Below are positions 12,901 through 26,900 of a stretch of 64,000 nucleotides of DNA, in pieces; position 1 is the first letter of the stretch; every line of letters starts with the position of its first letter. The position numbers and the translations under genes were made by a program. The notes beneath the pieces are model-generated. The model did no database searches. It worked only from the letters and a program-made list of their open reading frames with translations, and was not told the origin of the DNA. Source of the DNA: Azolla caroliniana (Eukaryota; Plantae; Polypodiophyta); NCBI GenBank assembly GCA_043228905.1, contig JBHGNT010000007.1, forward strand, positions 20,460,001 to 20,524,000, read 5' to 3'.

Positions 12901-15900
12901 ATAACTGAATTTCTCCCAAGGTCATTATTTTGCCCCAAAAATGGCATTTTTGGCTGTTTGTGGAGAAGGATTGAACTCATGATCTTCTTGAAAGTTTGTT
13001 ATTCCAAGATGGGGACTTCACACAAAGTGTTTTAATTTGTGCCTTTTCAAAATGCAGAGGAAGTTTATTCCGGTTGTTACATCGAAAGACTCAAGGATTA
13101 GATTGGAGAAGGCGAGTTCGTGTGGCAATCGACATAGTAAGCACAACTAGTTTGGGCTTTAAAATTTGTTGGGTGTGCACATGACGACCACTATTAATAA
13201 GACCTGAGTAAAATCCAGTTTGGACACAATGGCGCTTGGAATGGCTATATAATGGGCTAGCCACATAACTACCTTGGAATTGATACATGATGTTACCTAC
13301 TTACTGACCTACAAATTTAATATACACACCATATTATATATTTTTGGGGGATTCTTTCAATATGAAAAGGTCTAGCTACCTATTCACCTTGAAATTGAAT
13401 ATACATACTTATTATGCACATTTATTGAGTATTCTGTCAATTACACTATTTTTAATCCCTCTCTTTGGTGTCACATGAACATATTAGACAGGCACATCGA
13501 ATGAATTACTTGCACAAGGTCATGTATTAATTATGATGCATTGAATATATACATGACAGGCACGTGGAATGAATTACTTGCACAAGCTCAACCCGCCTAT
13601 TGTGCATAGGGATTTGAAGTCATCAAATGTCCTTGTTGACAAGAATTGGACGGTTAAAGTAGGTGTTTTCATAGCCTTTGAAATCCCTATTCTAGTAGGT
13701 TAAGGCTGCTTTACTCATCAATTGATTGTTGTCCCATGTAGGTTGGCGACTTTGGTCTCTCGAAGTTGAAATATGGCAAATTTCTGGACACATTTTCTGG
13801 AAGAGGCACAGTAAGAAATTTTAACTTGATAGGTTTTGGTGATGATTCCTGGACAGTGTATGATAACATATTCATTGTTAACATATGAATGAAAAAAGTT
13901 AATGTGTATGAGAAATATATTTTCGTCTAATTTTTATCCTATATGATTTTTTTTTCATCTTCACCAGTTTTTTTTTTGTATAAGGAATTGTTAATATATG
14001 CATGAAAATATACTATCATAAGTTAATCAGTGCATAAAAATAACATTTCATGGGTGGACTAGTGTATTAAATTATATCTTCATTGTTTAATACATATATG
14101 GTTTAATGCACAGTGAATTGGTTATTTTATATTCATCCAATATTATTGGTTCATTTTGTTCGAAATATTTTTGATATATAAATGAAACTGGTCTAAAACT
14201 ATTTCTCCACTTTTTAGTGGGTGATGAGTCGGTTATAATTGGTGTGTGAAAATAGATTTTCTCTGTCAATGGGCATTCGAAAACAGATTATTCTCAGAGG
14301 ACTGTTGTACGAAAAAGTATATATTGTTATGATTTAAGGGGCGCATGAAGATATACTTTCATCTATAGATTGTTTTATGGGTGATGAATCTGTTGATTGG
14401 TATATGAAAATAGTACTCCATCGGTTAATGGATCTTGGAAAATGGATTTTCATTGGAATGATATATGAAAATATATCTTCATTGCTTGGTATGTGGAGAG
14501 ATTTAACAGGCACATGAAAATATAACTTAATCAGGCAATTTCGATATGTATTTTTCTTCATTGATGGCTTGAAATTTGGTGTATGAAAATATAAGATTTG
14601 ATTGGTTTAAACTTCATTTTTCTTCTAATTTGCAGCCACAATGGATGGCTCCAGAGGTACTCCGCAACGAGCTATCTAATGAGAAGTGAGAACATTTGCA
14701 TTTCATATATGCCTTTTCTATATGGATCAATTGTCATTTCTTGATAGTTGCAAACTACGTGTATTTTGTGGAGTTTTTCAGGTGTGACATGTATAGTTTT
14801 GGAGTTATCATGTGGGAGCTAGCTACAGAGAAAGTTCCGTGGGCAGATTTGAATCCCATGCAGGTATTGTTCGGACAACAACAAAAATAAAAAACAGAAG
14901 AGCAGGGGAAAAACAAATTGTAAATTTTATGGAAAGAGATTGCGAAATCAGTTTGAACAATCTTCGAGGAATGATGGCTAATATATCTTTACGTATAATT
15001 AGCTTTTGTCTAAATCATAATTATAAATATGCTTTGCAAGAGAACTAAGATTGTAGAAGATTTGACAAAGTATACCATTTGTTTAAATGCCTATAGAAGT
15101 AAGGTTGTAGAGGATTTGGCAAAGAATACAAATCATTTAAGTGTGTAGCGAAAGATTTGACAAAGTATACCGGTTGTTTAGGTGCCTCTAGAAGTAAGAT
15201 TGTAGAGGATTTGGAAAAAAATACAAACCATTTTAGTGTGTAGTCATAAGTGCAATGACCCACTTGCAAAGGCAGCGCTCTACCAACTAAGCTATATCTA
15301 TTGTGCTTGGTGCTGGAATAGGTATTTCTTTAATAGTACAACTAGAATGAGCAAGGTTACAAGAAAAATTTGTTCCAGCAGTCACAACACTGGCCTCAAG
15401 AAATGCAAACCTGTAGAAGTGCTCTAATGAACCTGCCTTGTTTGTGGATAAACCTCAATATCAAAAATATACTAGAAACCAAGTTTCTGATCAAGAAACT
15501 ATAGAGTGAAGCCTAGTTTTTTAATCAATGAACCACATATTAGAATCACTAAATTTTTAATGTTGGTTTGAGACATAAAGAGCCCCAAAAAACTGGCTTT
15601 TTACATTATTGTCAGTATCCTTTCTCCACAACGCAAAGAATGAAAAGGATTAATGTTGCCCCTGGAATGGTGCTGCTAATGAATTCTCGTATTACTAATT
15701 GCTGGCATTTAGTAAGTATTTGACATTTTTTGAAAGATTCTGATTTCTTAGGATTTGGAAGAGAGAAGATTTGAACTTAGTCAATCTTATTTGGTTAGTA
15801 AACTCCCACCTGCTCTGTTCTAACTTAGTGCTTTTGGTTTCTCACCTCACATTGATGAGCATAGTGCTCTGTGTTATATGGATACATACATATGCTTGCT

Positions 15901-16353
15901 GCTTGCGAGGTAGGATGTATACTTTGAGCTAGATTTGATAGTTAAGGGCTAAATTTTGGTAATACTTGTGGGTTGTATGATATTTTGACATAAGAGTTGA
16001 TACAGTTTAACTGTTAAGGCTCTTTGTGAACTTACAATTAAAATCTGGTAATATATAGGTTGTTGGTGCTGTTGGGTTCATGGACCAAAGGTTGGATATC
16101 CCTGTGGATGTGGATCTAAAGTGGGCGTCAATTATGGGGGATTGCTGGCAACGGTAAAATCTTCAATTGTGGAATTTATATTTCAAAATCTTGTTGAGGG
16201 TATTATATACACGAACTGTACATATATTGGTACTTTAAGCTTGAAGTTCAGGATTTACTTGCTTCAACTTCTAAATGACAAAAATAGAAGAAGCTGAAGC
16301 TCTGCAGAAATAATGTTATATACATATGCACTTATGTGTGCGTATTTGTACAA

Positions 16354-16394
<41 letters not shown>

Positions 16395-16597
16395 TGCATA
16401 TAGATACATAGAAGATAGCATGAATGTTAGGTTAGCAACTTATTCCATTACAACTAAAGCTAAACTCATTTGGGCTGTTATTTTGTTTTTTTCATGTTTC
16501 TTCACACAGTGATCCGGAGCTACGACCTAGCTTTGAGGAGATTTTATGTCGACTGAAAGAAATTCAGAAGGAAATGCCAAATCCGAAAGTAGCTTGA
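9725..16597 (+). CDS. PAS-domain-containing Raf-like MAP kinase kinase kinase (B2 subgroup, similar to Arabidopsis RAF7-12), 13 coding exons, 754 aa
   Basis: Exons (all GT-AG, phases consistent, total 2265 nt): 9725-10293, 10481-10865, 11665-12202, 12381-12421, 12563-12631, 12820-12920, 13058-13136, 13560-13658, 13742-13810, 14636-14685, 14782-14863, 16059-16153, 16510-16597. Domains: N-terminal coiled coil ([22 protein letters not shown]); PAS ([46 protein letters not shown]); kinase motifs [63 protein letters not shown]. Confidence 0.93.
11000..11620. repeat. Degenerate minisatellite in intron 2
   Basis: Recurring gtgatattatggtta(a)t..atggtg..tctcc..aaat motif, roughly every 40-60 bp. Confidence 0.6.
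15047..15243. repeat. Two-copy ~95 bp tandem repeat in intron 11
   Basis: aagatttgacaaagtatacc..agaagtaag.ttgtagaggatttgg..tacaaa.cattt.agtgtgtag occurs twice. Confidence 0.8.
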
Positions 16598-17684
16598 AAC
16601 AGTCTGATGGGGGCTTTTCTTGAAGATGGAACAAATTAGTGAAAAGATGGATTTCCATATCTTATCTAAAAAAGAAAGCTTTCCTCTGAGAGCTTGCAGC
16701 AATTTGTAGAGTTGATTTTAAAGGTTTTTTTGAGCTTGCAGCTGCAGCTTTTTTTTTTGTCATGAAAAAAGCTTTTCATGATTCAAGGAAGCTCTCCCCC
16801 CTTGTTTTTTTCGTAGGACTAAAGGTCTCTTCCTTTAGCTTTTCAAACTCTCTGAGAACAGAGTGTTGAGAAGTGATGTATAGTTTTTACTAAAGGCCTT
16901 CATTACTCAATCTAAAAAAAGGGGTTCTATATAGAAAGATGGCAATATATCTCTTTTCGAGTGGAAAACAACAAGAAAGTTGACAAAAGATGCCCTTCAC
17001 ATTCTCTCAAGAGAAGAAGAAAAGGATTCATGTAACAGTAACCACTGTTTTTAATCGAAAAACAATGAAATGTTCTTTTTCTCCTGACTTGGACTTTGAA
17101 TCAAAAGATTCGCATGCGATTCTGTCATGCTTGATCAACAAATCCTTATTTTTTCTCAATATTTTATGCTAAATCCATTCTAATGCCCAATGATTTTCTC
17201 TGAAGTACGTGTATCGATGTATTGTAAGTTGTAACTAATCCTGGAAGTCTATTCATTTGATTAGGACAGGATAAGAGCATTGTGAAACAGACCATTATCG
17301 ATCCATATGTAATTTAAGTGACAAAGATGGTACTCCTATGTGCAACAGAATAGGCAGATTGATGCATGAGGTAGCTTCTTGTTCACCTTCATCATTGTTC
17401 CATATGCAACAAATTTACAAATTTGGTACACCCATTAGTACTAGTGCAACAGAATTAGTGGATTGATGCACAAGGTAGCTTTGTTCACCTTCATCATCAT
17501 CACATATGGAGCAAAGTGACAAAGGTGATATTCCCATTAGTACTTGTGCCTTGAGATAAAATTTTATCGGATTCAAAGGCAGTATTATCGGATTCAATGA
17601 ATAAGATTAACATGCATGTAGGTTGCTACCGCCCGTCTCATGGTTTCTAGAACTTGCATGTATTGGGCAATTTGAACCATACAG

Positions 17685-18660
17685 TCGACTCAACACTTTG
17701 TACATTTCTTGTTGTTTTCTTGGTTTTCACCTTACATTGAGGTTCTATGCTACCAATACAAGTCTTATAAAACAAGAAGAAGAAAATTTGAGTGTTAACT
17801 CAACACTTAGTACATTTATTGTGGTTTTCTCGGTTTTCACCTTACATTGAGGTTCTATGCTAGCAATACAAGTCTTATAAAAAAAGAAGAGGAAATTTTG
17901 AGTGCGGGGTTCACCTTTGCTATTCCAACTGGCTATTTATTTCAAGCATTGCAATTTCTATGGGCAACAATTTTGAAGAATCACATCTTAATGGTTTAGC
18001 ACGTGAGCACATAAAACCTTTGCGATGTAAAGTTTTCTTGGGATAGCTCACTATTTGCTATTCGAACTATTCTTTAATTTGAGTGTCAACTCAACACTTA
18101 GTACATTTATCGTGGTTTTCTCGGTTTTCACCTTACGTTGAGGTTCTATGCTAGCAATACAAGTCTTATAAAAAAAGAAGAAGAAAATTTGAGTGCGGGG
18201 TTCACCTTTGCTATTCCAACTGGCTATTTATTTCAAGCATTGCAATTTCTATGGGCAACAGTTTTGAAGAATCACATCTTAATGGTTTCGGACGTGAGCA
18301 CATAAAACCTTTGCGATGTAAAGTTTTCTTGGGATAGCTCACTATTTGCTATTCGAACTATTCTTTAATTTGAGTGTCAACTCAACACTTAGTACATTTA
18401 TTGTGGTTTTCTCGGTTTACACCTTACGTTGAGGTTCTATGCTAGCAATACAAGTCTTATAAAAAAAGAAGAAGAAAATTTGAGTGCGGGGTTCACCTTT
18501 GCTATTCCAACTGGCTATTTATTTCAAGCATTGCAATTTCTATGGGCAACAGTTTTGAAGTATCACATCTTAATGGTTTAGCACGTGAGCACATAAAACC
18601 TGTGCGATGTAAAGTTTTCTTGGGATAGCTCACTATTTGCTATTTGAGCTATTCTTTAAT
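17685..18660. repeat. Tandem array of three ~290 bp units plus a partial unit, downstream of the kinase gene
   Basis: Unit tgagtgtcaactcaacacttagtac...gctattcgaactattctttaat starts near 17789, 18079 and 18370; copies are nearly identical. Confidence 0.92.
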
Positions 18661-20911
18661 AGTGGGTTTATTTCCTCTTTTATAGTGCTACCATGACAAA
18701 TTGATTTTCGTCCCCGATGGAATCACCTTATTAAAGATAGTTTTCGCACTCACCTTCTTGTTACAATTATAAGAGGAAAGCTTATAACTTTGTCTTTATT
18801 GTTAACTTTACCATTATGTATGTTGAATCATGCATAAATAATGCTTCCAGTCCATGTTTATAGCTCTTTACTTTAGTTTTAGATGACTTGTGATCATATA
18901 TATGGTGTTTTATTTGTGTTAGTCCCATAGTGCTTTTTGATGGACAATAAAAACCTAGTAACATATAAATTAGCTACTTTGACCTCCCTTAACTTATAAA
19001 TTGATCTCTTTTAACTTATAAATTCTTTATTCTAGATGGTTTGTAACGAGATATTGTGCTTTGTTTATTGATAATGTGTGCTAGGTTCATAATACTTTTG
19101 GGTTGACAATGATGGCGATACAAAATATGCGTACGATTCTCACATATTGGAATCATAGTTTGTCTTGTCAATGGTATATGCATATGCTTTGGTCAAAAGG
19201 TGATTTTTATTAATATCATGAAAGCACCATTCAATAATCGATTAAAGATTTCTCACTCCTCTCGGTCTCTCCACTTCAGAGAGAGAGAGAGATAGTTATG
19301 AAGGAAAAAATGTAAAAACTTAGGTGAATTCTTTGCTCTGTTTTTCATGACATTAGGGAATCAAGGTTCACCCATCCATACATGATATATAAACAAAAAA
19401 TATCAAGAGGGATTGAGCATTAACTGATCCAAAATCCCAAGGTTTTTCTCTAGTGAAGTTCGGATATGAAGGGGTGAGGTGGAGAGAATTCTCAAAGGAA
19501 AGAAGAAGGTAAATCTTAAATTGATACTAATCTCTTTTCAAGAATAAGGAAACATATTTCAACCAACCTTTCAGATAAAATATTTAGAGATCCATCCTAC
19601 TTTCGATTACTTGAACTTGTGTAAAATATTCTAGCATATTTTCAAATGTTCGGACGTGCATAAAATATTCTAGCACCCTTTCAAATATTGGGACTTGTGG
19701 AAAACACTTCGAATAGTGACTTGCATAAAATATCTTTGGACAACTGGACTTTGATGAATTATCTTTAAAATATTTTATGCAAGTCCTAGTATTTGCAAAC
19801 ATGTTGGATCTCAAAATTGTTTCTCCATCAATGTCTTTAGAACTCTCTCTCTCTCTCTCTCTCTCCTTTCCATAAAAGCTATATATATATATATATGTAT
19901 ATTAAAAACAACATGAAAACCCCTTGTTGACTCTTTTAAAATAGTGAGGATCTTTATGGCAAGGTAAACCCTTTATAATGTTGTTAGACTAGTTGATGTA
20001 AATGATATTCTTCTTGTATTGACAATGTGTTTACAAAACTTAGTTATGAGTAGTCTCATGTTCCATCCATCTAGAATACTAGTCTTAATACTTCTCCTAT
20101 GTAGGTATGGAATGGTGTTATAATAATGTAATCTATTTTTGCTTGTATTTGTGGTGCTATAGCCACTATTGCTTGAAGTCGAATCTCCACTTGCACTGTT
20201 AATTTTCTTACTCTTAAGTGTTTTCCTTTTTAATTTTGGATTTTCTCCAAGTAATACATTTTTTAAAAGTTGGATTTTCTTCTTGTGAGTGTTATACTTT
20301 AAATTATGTGACTTTCAAAGTAATTGGATAATTACCTTTCCCCATTGTTTGCATACACCATCTACATGGGGAATTTCCCCATGTGAGAAATCGCCACAAA
20401 AGTTGATTCTTTCCTCTCGTCTATATTTGATAGATTATATGTCACTATATGGTGAGCTCTGGGCATATGAAAGATTAAGAAAGAAAATTCTTGGGGAATC
20501 AACAATGCCTATTATGCAAATGCATGTATTCTAATGCATCTTGCATCCTACCCACTTCACCTTGGTGGATTGAGCTCCTAGAGAAATGCATAGACACCCA
20601 ATTCGTAAGGGCATCATTTAACATTTTGCATGTTTCTTTTACTTCAATGTCCTTTGAAGCTTCTTGCACATACAAGTTGGCTCAATTTGCATAATAATGC
20701 GAGGAAGTCATATGACACATGTAGACATACCTATCATAACAAATGCTCGATCACTTCCAAATCCCATCATTTTTTAGCCGACATCAAAGTTCCACATTTT
20801 TAACACTTCTAGACATACATATTATAACAAATGTTCCATCACTTCCAAATCCCATAATCTTTTCAACTAACATCCAAGTTTCACATTCCCCCCCCCCCCC
20901 AAAAAAAAACT

Positions 20912-23900
20912 CGTTCCATTAGTTATAAAAATTTACATATGAGATTAATATATACAAATCCCTGTAGGGACGCGATAGGTCCATCGTATGTGGATGCCCA
21001 CCGACTCAATAAAGGGGGAGGTCGACCATTGTTGGATGAAGGCTAGTTGTTGTCTTTCAACTCCAATGGAGTCGCCCTTGAGGCCATCATATTGGCTTTT
21101 TAGAGTGGCCACAACTTCACTCCATATCTCTTGCATTAACACTGTTGGCTGTACGGTTTGGTTGGAGAAGACCGGTCTACACCGTTATTTCCATAGAGTC
21201 CAAAGAGTTATTGGGCTGACCAATTCCAACACAACTTGAGATTTGGCATTGATAGGAGTTGAGTGGACATTGTCGATGGTGGAGAAAAAAACCTCTTGTG
21301 CTTTTATCACCAAAGCCATCCCCTCTTGATGCTCGTATTGTTGGAAACACCGCCATCTAATGCGGAACTTAGTCAACCCTCTTTATTTGAAGATCATAAG
21401 ATTATGTAAAAACATGAGCCAAAAACAAGATGCAACAAGTACGCAACAGAGAGTTAGAGACAGCTAGGCATAATGTCAATGAAGTTTATTTCCACTTTTT
21501 ACAAAAAATGAGCAACCACACCGTAACTAGGTTACAAAGTCAATTTATATACTGACTAACTTAGGGCAACTGCCCTTCTCACTATTTACATAAGTTGCCT
21601 AAGTGTAGTGTGTTCAAAAGGAGACAATGTGAATACGTCCATTAGAAACCTGTATTCAACACTCCCCCGTAATGGGCGTATACATCCGAAATCTGTAATC
21701 CGAAATGAATGTACAATACAGATTGATACAAGGTTTACGAACAATCGAGAATTCGTTCGAGTCGGTGAACTTTGAAGAGCAGAAGGCCGGATTGGCCAAA
21801 TTCGGAGAGGTTGAACCCGAAGTTCGAACTATCTAGGTCTATTGTTCGAGAAACGTCCTAAGTGTTCGATTTAATCAGATTGATTCTTCATTATGCCCAT
21901 TCGATGCCGAAGGGATTGAAATCGATCGGCCAGGAGACACTTGGTCATTGCATCCGCAACATTATCGGCTGTAGGTACCTTCTCAAGGCCGATTTTCCCT
22001 AAAATGACATAGTCCCGAACGAAATTATATCGAGCATCAATAGGCTTGGAGGTGTTGCGAAGAACCGGATTTTTCAACAAAGCAACAACACCCTGATTGT
22101 CACTGTAAACAATTGGAGCCGAGCCAATTTCGGCTTGTCGAAACGTGTAGGCCAGCCGACTGAGCCATAAGGCCTCTTTCGCCGCATCGGATGCGGCTAC
22201 GTATTCAGCCTCGGTCTTTGATGTGGTGGTGCACTCATGAAGTTTCGATTTCCATGGGATCGCTCCATTGCCGAGTTTAAAACAATATCCAGTTGTCGAT
22301 TTACGATTGTCTATGCAACCTATAGAGTCTGAGCCGGTGTATCCGACTACGCCTGAGATGTCGTTCGGGCCGAATAGAATACCAATATCTTTTGTGCCCA
22401 CCAGATATCTAAACACATGCTTGACTGCGTTCCAATGCGATCAACCGGGATTATGCATAAATCTGCTGACAACTCCAACGACGTGAGTGATATCAGGCTG
22501 TGTCGCGACCATTGTGTACATTAGGGAGCCAACTGCCGGTGCATACGGTACCGACTTCATAATTTCCCCCTCCGTACCGAATGTCGAGTAGTCTCGCCGA
22601 GACAGTCGAGTACTAATAGGGAACGGGGTAGAGGCAGATTTTGCCAATTGCATGTTGAAGCGTTCTAGGACACGTCCAATTTAGTCGGATTGGGACAGAA
22701 ACAATTGTCATTGATTACGATTCCAACTTATCTTCATACCAAGAATGTGTCGTGCCGGACCGAGATCCTTCATGGTAAACTTCAACTGCAGTTGCCGAAC
22801 GAGTTCGGCGAGTTTGTCTGCATGGCGTCCAGAGATTAGCATGTCGTCCACGTAGATGATGAGGAATATGGGTGATCCATCTCGAGCTGTCTTCGTGAAG
22901 AGACAATGGTCCTCATCGCTCTTTGAGAAGCCGATTGATTGGATGAAGTCATCGAACTTCTTGTACCACTGTCATGGCGCCTGTTTCAGGCCGTACAGAC
23001 TCTTCCTGAGTCAGCAGACTAGATGTTCTTGGCCGGATGCCACAAAGCCTTTCGTTGATAAATTTCCTCCTCAAGATCACCATGGAGAAAGCTGTTTTGA
23101 CATCTAGTTGAATTAGCTCCAAATTTTCGGCGGCCACTACGCCGAGCATTAATCGAAGGGTTGTCATTTTAACCACTGGCAAAAAAATTTCGTCAAAATC
23201 GACATCGTGTTCCTGTCGAAAACTCTTTGTTACTAATCTGGCTTTGAATTTTGAGTTGGCCGAATTAGACGTCTCCTTAATTCGATAGACCCACTTGCAC
23301 GGAAGAGCACGTCAATTTTTCGGTAATTCGATCAAGTCACAAGTCTTGTTTGCATGAATGGAGTTCATTTCGGAATGCATTGTCAGATGCCAGGTGGCTG
23401 AATCGGCTAACGCCGATGCTTCTTCATATGACGACGGTTTTCCGACGTTCATAAAGAAGATACCAGGAGAGTATCTCTCTAGGGGTTGCGACAGTCTTTC
23501 GGATCTTCGAGGTATGACTGGACTAGTCGCATCGGGTGTCGTGGTCGGATGGTCCAAAGCCGAATTGTTCGGCTGTGCCGAGTCAAAATTCTCTGAGTTG
23601 GTGTTAGAAGGTTCAGCTACCCGTGAAGTTGACCGTGTGTTGTGCGCTGGCGGGCCTTCGTGAAGGGTTGGCACATCGGAAAAAATTACCCTTCAGACTT
23701 CGATTGGTTTTTCGACCGATTGATGCATGGTCGACTCATTGAACACAACGTCCAAACTTTGGACAATTTGTCTGTGTTCGGGGTCCCAGAATCGGTATCC
23801 CATTTCGCCATCTGTTCCATAACCGAGGAAAATACATTTCTTGGACCTTGGTGCAAGTTTATGGCGATCATCTTTTGGGATGAGGGCGTACGCCTCGCAT

Positions 23901-26900
23901 CCGAAAATCCTTAGCTTGTCGTAATTCGGCTTACTATCGGTGCATAGTTCCTAAGGGATTTGAAGTCCTCGAGGCCTACTCGGCGACATATTGATTATGT
24001 GTACTACCGTAAGTAGGGCCTCTACCCAAAAGCCATCCGACAGTCCAGAGTGTTGGAGCATGGAAAATATCCTTTCTTGAATTGTTTGATTCATTCGCTC
24101 GGCAATTCCATTATGCTCCGGATTGTGGGGTGCTGTAAATTCACGTCTGATGCCGCGTTGTCAGCAAAATTTGACGAATTCCTCTGTTTTGAACTCTCCC
24201 CCGTTATCGGACCGAAAGCATTTCAGTTTTCGGCCAGACTGATTCTCAACCATGGTGAGCCAATCGGAAAAGATCTAGAAGACACAATCTTTGGTTTTGA
24301 TCGGATAAGTCCACACCTTCCGAGTCGAGTCGTCAATGAATCTGATGAAATACAGAGCGCCGCCGAGAGATTGATGTGGCATAGGACCATATATGTCTGA
24401 GTGGACCAAATCGAGCGGACTCGATTCTCTTGGGGCAGATGAAGGGTGTGTTATGGCTATCTGCTTGCCGTATTGGCAATGCTCGCAGAACTGATGATCT
24501 GAGAAGGAGAGTTTGGGGATGTATCCGGCTCTAGATAAGTGCGTCATGCTGGCCTTACTGAGGTGTCCGAGTTGTTCGTGCCAGAGTGATGACATGGGAA
24601 TGTCAACCAAAAACAGGTCACCCTCTCTGAGTGTGACTTGCAAAGGATACAATGAGTGTATCTTCAATTCTCGAGCAAACAAGAGGTTCCCTCTGTAGAG
24701 CATCCACCCTCATGATGAGAAGCCAACATAGATGCCGTCTTCATCCAATTGTCCGACTGAGATCAGTGGTCGTGAGAGCTCAGGTACATGTCGGACATTG
24801 CGTAGTACTAATGTAGAGCCACCCACAAGGTTGCGATCTACCATGCCGATTCCAATTATGTCGAAATGTTGCGATTTTCCTACCCGAACTGAGTCAGAAT
24901 ATCGGGCCGTGTATTGCCGAAATTGGGATCGATGAGGAGTAAAATGAAAGGACACACCCGAATCTAAGAGCCACATGCTCGATTCTTGAGTCGTAAGTAG
25001 AACTTCTAATTCGACGAAGTTCTCAATTGATAATATATTCAGGTCGTTTGTCAATACTTCGACCGAAGAGCCGATGTAGTTGATCTCCTCGTGTCGGCCA
25101 CTCTTCGACTCAGTTCGCTGAGCCTTATTGTTTTTGTCCTTGATTGCACGGAAATCGGCTTTGATGTGTCCAGGTTTTTTGTAGTAGTTGGAGACTCGAT
25201 TATCCTAGGACTTGCTCTGACTTCGTTGATTATTTGGCTGCCGTGAAGAACTTCTTCCACGACTGTTCGATCAGTCGGTCGAACCTTGTACTACGTAAGT
25301 GTTGTTGGCTGAATCGTTAGCAAACAATTTTCTCTGAGCTACTTCAGTCAGAAATGCACTTGTGACTGAGGAGTACTTAACGGGAGCTGTCGACGCATTG
25401 CACACGGTTGTAATGAAAGTTTCCCACGAGGGAGGGAGACTACTCATGAGCAACATTGCTTTTAGTTCATCCTCGATAATTGTCCCCTAGGACGAAATTT
25501 GGGAGCTTAAGCTTTTGTACTCGTTCAGGTGTGCCTAGACCGAGTCGGACTCTTTCATCCGAAGGTTATAAAGGCGCCGAATCAGGTATATCTTGGTGGC
25601 GACGACCTTCTTTTTGTAAGTATCCGAAAGTGTCTTTCATAGTTGGAAGGCAGTCGAACACGATTGCACCGTGAAGTACACAAACTCCGATAGGTGCATC
25701 CGAATGGTGGCTTGGATGATTCTATCGAGCTTTTCCCATTCAAGCGACTTGTATCCTTCTAGAGGGTCTTCATTCTCAATGGGGTCAATTTGCCCCTTGA
25801 CTATTCCAGAAGTTGAAGTTGGATCAGTCGAACTTCCTTAAGACTCATTTCTGACAAGCCGGATGTTGAAGTCATTTGTGTTGGTATACTAGAGTTTGTC
25901 CTGAGTTAGCTACGAACTGTGATGGAGTGTAGCAACTTGGCTCACTCGATGCCGTTCTAGCTGAAGTTGGACACATGTCGTGTTGATTACGAATATCAAT
26001 GAATCCTGTTCGGAGTGACTACTGTCAACTGACTTAGTTGAGTTGAACCTGGATTTGATGATTCAATTTTTCTGAAATTTCTCAACACGGATTATATGCA
26101 ATACTCCAGGCCGATCCTGTTTCGGTTAACTGCAACGATGAGAGGGACGGATCAGACTGGTCCTCCTGAATGTCGTTCAGTCAAATGAAACACAGATTGG
26201 GGTTGCCCCTGGAGTCGTGTTTGCTTCAAGTGACTACGACGAGTAGGAGAAAAGCGTAAGATGACCTATTCGATTTCCGCCTAGCCAAGTGAATCAACGA
26301 TTTGGTCTAGTCAAGATAGAAGTCTCACTCCGAGCACCTACAATCACATAACCAAGAGTGACCTAGAATAGTAGAGTGAATACTTCGTCATGTTTCTCTT
26401 TGTGTAAACAATCTTGTTGTATGTTGCCTGTTGAGATCAACTAAGATCTTTAGGATACACAAACGAGAGTTGTCAATGGAGACTAGATAGAAGGCGGCAA
26501 CAGAATCAAACAGATGACCAATCTCTGATACCAGATGTTGGAAACACCTCCATCTAATGCGGAACTTAGTCGACCCTCTCTATTTAAAGATCATAAGATT
26601 ATGTACAAATGAGAAAGATCAATGGCAACATAAGCCGAAAACAAGATGCAACAAGTACGCAACAAAGAGTTAGAGACAGGTAGACACAATGTCAACAAAG
26701 TATTTCCACTTTTTACAAAAAATGAGCAACCACACCGTAACTAGGTTACAAAGTTAGTTTATATACTGACTAGCTTAGGGCAATTGCCCTTCTCACTATT
26801 TACATAAGTAGCCTAAGTGTAGTGTGTTCAAAAGGAGACAATGTGAATACGTCCATTAGAAACCTGTATTCAACACGTATTTGTCAATTGGGGCCTGTCA

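Noticed and set aside
17685-18660. CRISPR-like array
   Set aside because: Contiguous ~290 bp units with no unique spacers and no cas genes, in a eukaryotic context.
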